This document shows positions 61,742-64,000 of a DNA stretch of 64,000 nucleotides, one piece after another (within the stretch, counting starts at the first letter, position 1; each line of letters begins with the position of its first letter). The DNA is from Lingula anatina (lineage: Eukaryota; Animalia; Brachiopoda): contig CM120640.1 of assembly GCA_051362555.1 (NCBI GenBank), positions 9,300,001 through 9,364,000 of the forward strand, given 5' to 3'. Made by a program: the position numbers and the translations under genes. A model generated the notes under the pieces. The model did not search any database. It was not told where the DNA came from and saw only the letters and a program-made list of their open reading frames with translations.

Positions 61742-63419
61742 ATCATTACATATGTGGTGCATTGCCAATAGATATCAAACAACTTTACTCTATATAAAAT
61801 AGGATTGGAATGTGGCACATTCCTCTTATATCTTATCCCTTGGTCCAACAGGGAATGAGAAATAAATTATTATTATTGGAGATAGTGGCAGCATAGTAAA
61901 ATCACAATATGTTTCAAAAGAAAAATACATAGGAATTAGGTTTTTAAGATATTTGATCTTTAAAAAAGTGACATAAAATGAGAAAAATCATTCACAAAAA
62001 AGTGATTTTGCTACAAAATGCACTGTGATCAAAATGTTCATTGATGATTTAATGTAACTATTCAGCTACATTTTTGAAGCATTCAGTTCACTCTGTCAGA
62101 GACACATAAACATAACCTATCGGGATTGGTGCTATGGCTACAAGAACAAAAATAGAGGGGCAATTTCATGACTTTTTTGAAACTAAAAAAGTACTGTATA
62201 AAATGTTATGCTCACAGTATTTTGAGTCACATTTTAACACGTGTCTATAATTTATGGTGGCACTGATTGCCAGATTTAGATGGATCAGTACATTTCTTAT
62301 AAGTTTTATTATTAGACCTCAGGTAGCATTTTATTGTAATGATGCCTGAAATATTTGTATAATATTAATATTTATTGTTGCTGACATTATGTGAGTCAAA
62401 ATATTTTTTCCTACATTAATTAGCATTGATTTTGAATAGTTCATTGTAAGTGGTGCACAATAATTTATATAGCTTGATCATTCCAGAGAACTTGTTTACA
62501 AAAATCACATAATTCAGGTCAAACTGTTATTTAAAACTGTTGATTAATTATTTTTGAAGTATTTATTGATGAGAGTTATCAGTCAGACCATTTTTTCTTT
62601 GTTTTTATTTTTCATTGCATTTTTTTTTTTTTTGCACTATGCACAATTTTACAAATGATGGATGACAGATCTGAGGCAATTGAATGAGTGCCAAGAAAGT
62701 ATGTGACATTATCTCTACAACATCAAATATTTTACCTGTAAATATAAAAAAGTTTACAACTCCAATGTATATGAAATACTGATAACTACACTGTATATAA
62801 CAATGCACAACATCTTATATATGTAAGGTATACACCAGTGTTCTGTCCCACTGTCATGTTGCTAAACATTATTTATAGTTATATTGTTATATATAGTTAT
62901 CATGTTCATCAATATTGACAATATTAACTACTGGTACAACATTTCCATATTAATTCTATTTATTCATAGTAAACAGGAGTTTGATTTTTAGGAAATGTTT
63001 TGTAATATGTTTACTAAATCCCTTTGATATCTATAGTTAATGTATTTGTTTGCTGTCTCATCTTTCCATTTAACAGTTATTTGGTGAAGGAAAATTCCTA
63101 TTGAATTTCAACCTTCTACAGTAATTTGCTGTTCTTTTAGGGGTATCTTATTTGTTTTTCTTTTGTTTAATATGGAATGTAAATAATCAATGCCTTTTAA
63201 AAGTATTGTTATCTTTGATTTTAAAAATATAAATGATTGTGTAAAACTGACTGACTTTACTTTGTAAAGCTGCTTTTCGTTAGTTTTCTTTCAATGTGAG
63301 TTTCATGGAGTTAATATTAACAGTGGTAAAAATATGCTAATAAGTAAAATAATAAGACATGGGCCAATGTAGGCCTACCCAGTACACTTGTTATGGAAAT
63401 AAAACTTTAAAATATACCA

Positions 63420-63441
63420 TTTTTGTTTATTTATTTTTATT

Positions 63442-63492
<51 letters not shown>

Positions 63493-63496
63493 TTTT
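63420..63496. repeat. (TTTA)n microsatellite just downstream of a candidate SLC6 polyA signal AATAAA (63398..63403)
   Basis: Tetranucleotide run seen directly. Confidence 0.85.
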
Positions 63497-63794
63497 TTCA
63501 AATTACTTTTGACTGTGTAGCCTGGAATACCAACAATGCCTCAAGCATGTACAATTTGCCATAGGCACATCTACATGTATATTTCCTCACTGACAATAAA
63601 TGGTCTCAGCTACATTTCTAGTGGACTGCACTTTATTTTTCATTGGCAATTTTAGCATAATCAACATTAATTTAAAAATGATTTATTTATTTAACTCATG
63701 AACAAGTTATTTACAGTCCAATTAAACTATGGGGGCTAAGGAGAGTTGTCCAATCCTAAACAAAAGAAATAATAATACATAATTTACATGTAAA

Positions 63795-63796
<2 letters not shown>

Positions 63797-63858
<62 letters not shown>
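63797..63858. repeat. (ATT)n microsatellite
   Basis: Perfect trinucleotide run; explains the poly-Ile ORF. Confidence 0.95.
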
Positions 63859-63860
<2 letters not shown>

Positions 63861-64000
63861 GTACTGCCAAGACAGGCTTTACCTATTTGCACTATCGATG
63901 GCATCGATTTGCCCTTTTCTGCCAAACGGGAATGTTGCTAATGCCGGGTGCATGCATCTTCAACTTTGGAAATATGTGTTGAATGTAGGATAACGTCCTT

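Noticed and set aside
63722-63925. ORF with a poly-Ile tract
   Set aside because: An (ATT)n microsatellite read on the minus strand.
63860-64000. Possible terminal exon of a minus-strand gene at the window edge
   Set aside because: Too short and no recognisable motif; cannot be supported without the adjacent sequence.

Overview
AT-rich, intron-containing animal genomic DNA, probably a lophotrochozoan such as a mollusc (inferred from gene content and repeat types, not proven). Six protein-coding genes can be built by hand from GT-AG exons. These are the 3' part of an SLC22 transporter (+, to 2835), a complete tail-to-tail SLC22 paralog (-, 9170..3541), an intronless 754-aa Mab-21/cGAS-like receptor (cGLR) fold + TPR protein (-, 14496..12232), cystinosin (+, 15898..20195), an LNX1/2-like RING + 4xPDZ E3 ligase (-, 35111..23612) and an SLC6 amino-acid/GlyT-like transporter (+, 53660..61741). 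Repeats include a CACTA/EnSpm-like non-autonomous element carrying a deleted Gypsy LTR element, several MITEs and microsatellites. The best candidate for an undescribed system is the cGLR-TPR gene. Its ORF is intact but appears to have lost the nucleotidyltransferase catalytic residues. It lies head-to-head with a cystinosin carrying substitutions at normally conserved positions. The 1.4 kb between them holds ISRE-like, kB-like, M-box/CLEAR and ZNF143 motifs. Any functional link between the two genes is a hypothesis. All coordinates, counts and alignments were done by eye.
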